Shown here piece after piece: positions 32,771-32,981 of a DNA stretch of 32,981 nt (its first letter is position 1; each line of letters starts with the position of its first letter). The stretch is from the NCBI RefSeq assembly GCF_001194135.2, contig NC_068990.1, forward strand, positions 22,170,104-22,203,084, in the 5' to 3' direction. The position numbers and the translations under genes were made by a program. The notes below the pieces were generated by a model, which saw nothing but the letters and a program-made list of their open reading frames with translations, had not been told where the DNA came from and did not search any database. This stretch comes from Octopus bimaculoides. Taxonomy: Eukaryota.

Positions 32771-32981
32771 TAGTTTTATTTTTATAACGTGCTTTCACTT
32801 CACTACCGAGCGCAGCTCTGTGCGCCTTGGGTATGTGCTGTGGTTTGCTGTGGTGCTCTTATGTTTACTGTATTGAAAGTGTTTTGCGTAGAATGTGTGC
32901 AGTACCCAGTAGTGCAATTTTCTGTATGTCATATATATTTGTAAGTCCTGGTGTTTTTGTTATGTATTTGTCTGAATATTT
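32767..32981 (-). mobile_element. 3' end of an R4/Dong-clade (RLE-type) non-LTR retrotransposon, continuing beyond the window
   Basis: ORF end, then about 100 nt of 3' UTR, then (TAA)n on the element strand. Confidence 0.75.
32865..32981 (-). CDS. C-terminal 38 aa of the retrotransposon RT-RLE ORF (partial, 5' part outside window)
   Basis: Translates as KYSDKYITKTPGLTNIYDIQKIALLGTAHILRKTLSIQ*. QKxALLGTAxILR is the C-terminal motif I associate with R4/Dong elements. Confidence 0.75.
   Translation of the reverse strand, partial: KYSDKYITKTPGLTNIYDIQKIALLGTAHILRKTLSIQ

Noticed and set aside
381-32876. ORFs in the supplied six-frame track
   Set aside because: Almost all are translations of microsatellites (YI, HT, LS, VC, poly-L/N/T), N-runs or SINEs. 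None shows a recognisable domain.

Overview
AT-rich, repeat-saturated eukaryotic non-coding DNA (large intron or intergenic) from a short-read draft assembly with 12 N-gaps, most next to microsatellites. The SINE families, which I recognise from memory rather than a search, and the very high SSR load point to an octopus-like coleoid cephalopod. I find no supportable host-gene exon: nearly every ORF in the track is a translated microsatellite, N-run or SINE. The only convincing protein-coding remnants are the C-terminus of an R4/Dong-type non-LTR retrotransposon at the right edge and the first codons of a mariner transposase. The window holds about 25 tRNA-derived SINE copies or fragments from three families, a Crypton-like non-autonomous element and several fold-back hairpins. 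The most interesting signal is a dispersed set of type I hammerhead-ribozyme motifs of the Penelope/retrozyme minimal kind. Two have complete CUGAUGA/GAAA/GUH cores and unusually long stem II inserts (984-1067, 23047-23124). Two are compact with point lesions (25219-25260, 31949-31985), and there are weaker remnants. Hammerheads in Penelope-like elements are known; whether these variants are catalogued or active cannot be judged from this window.
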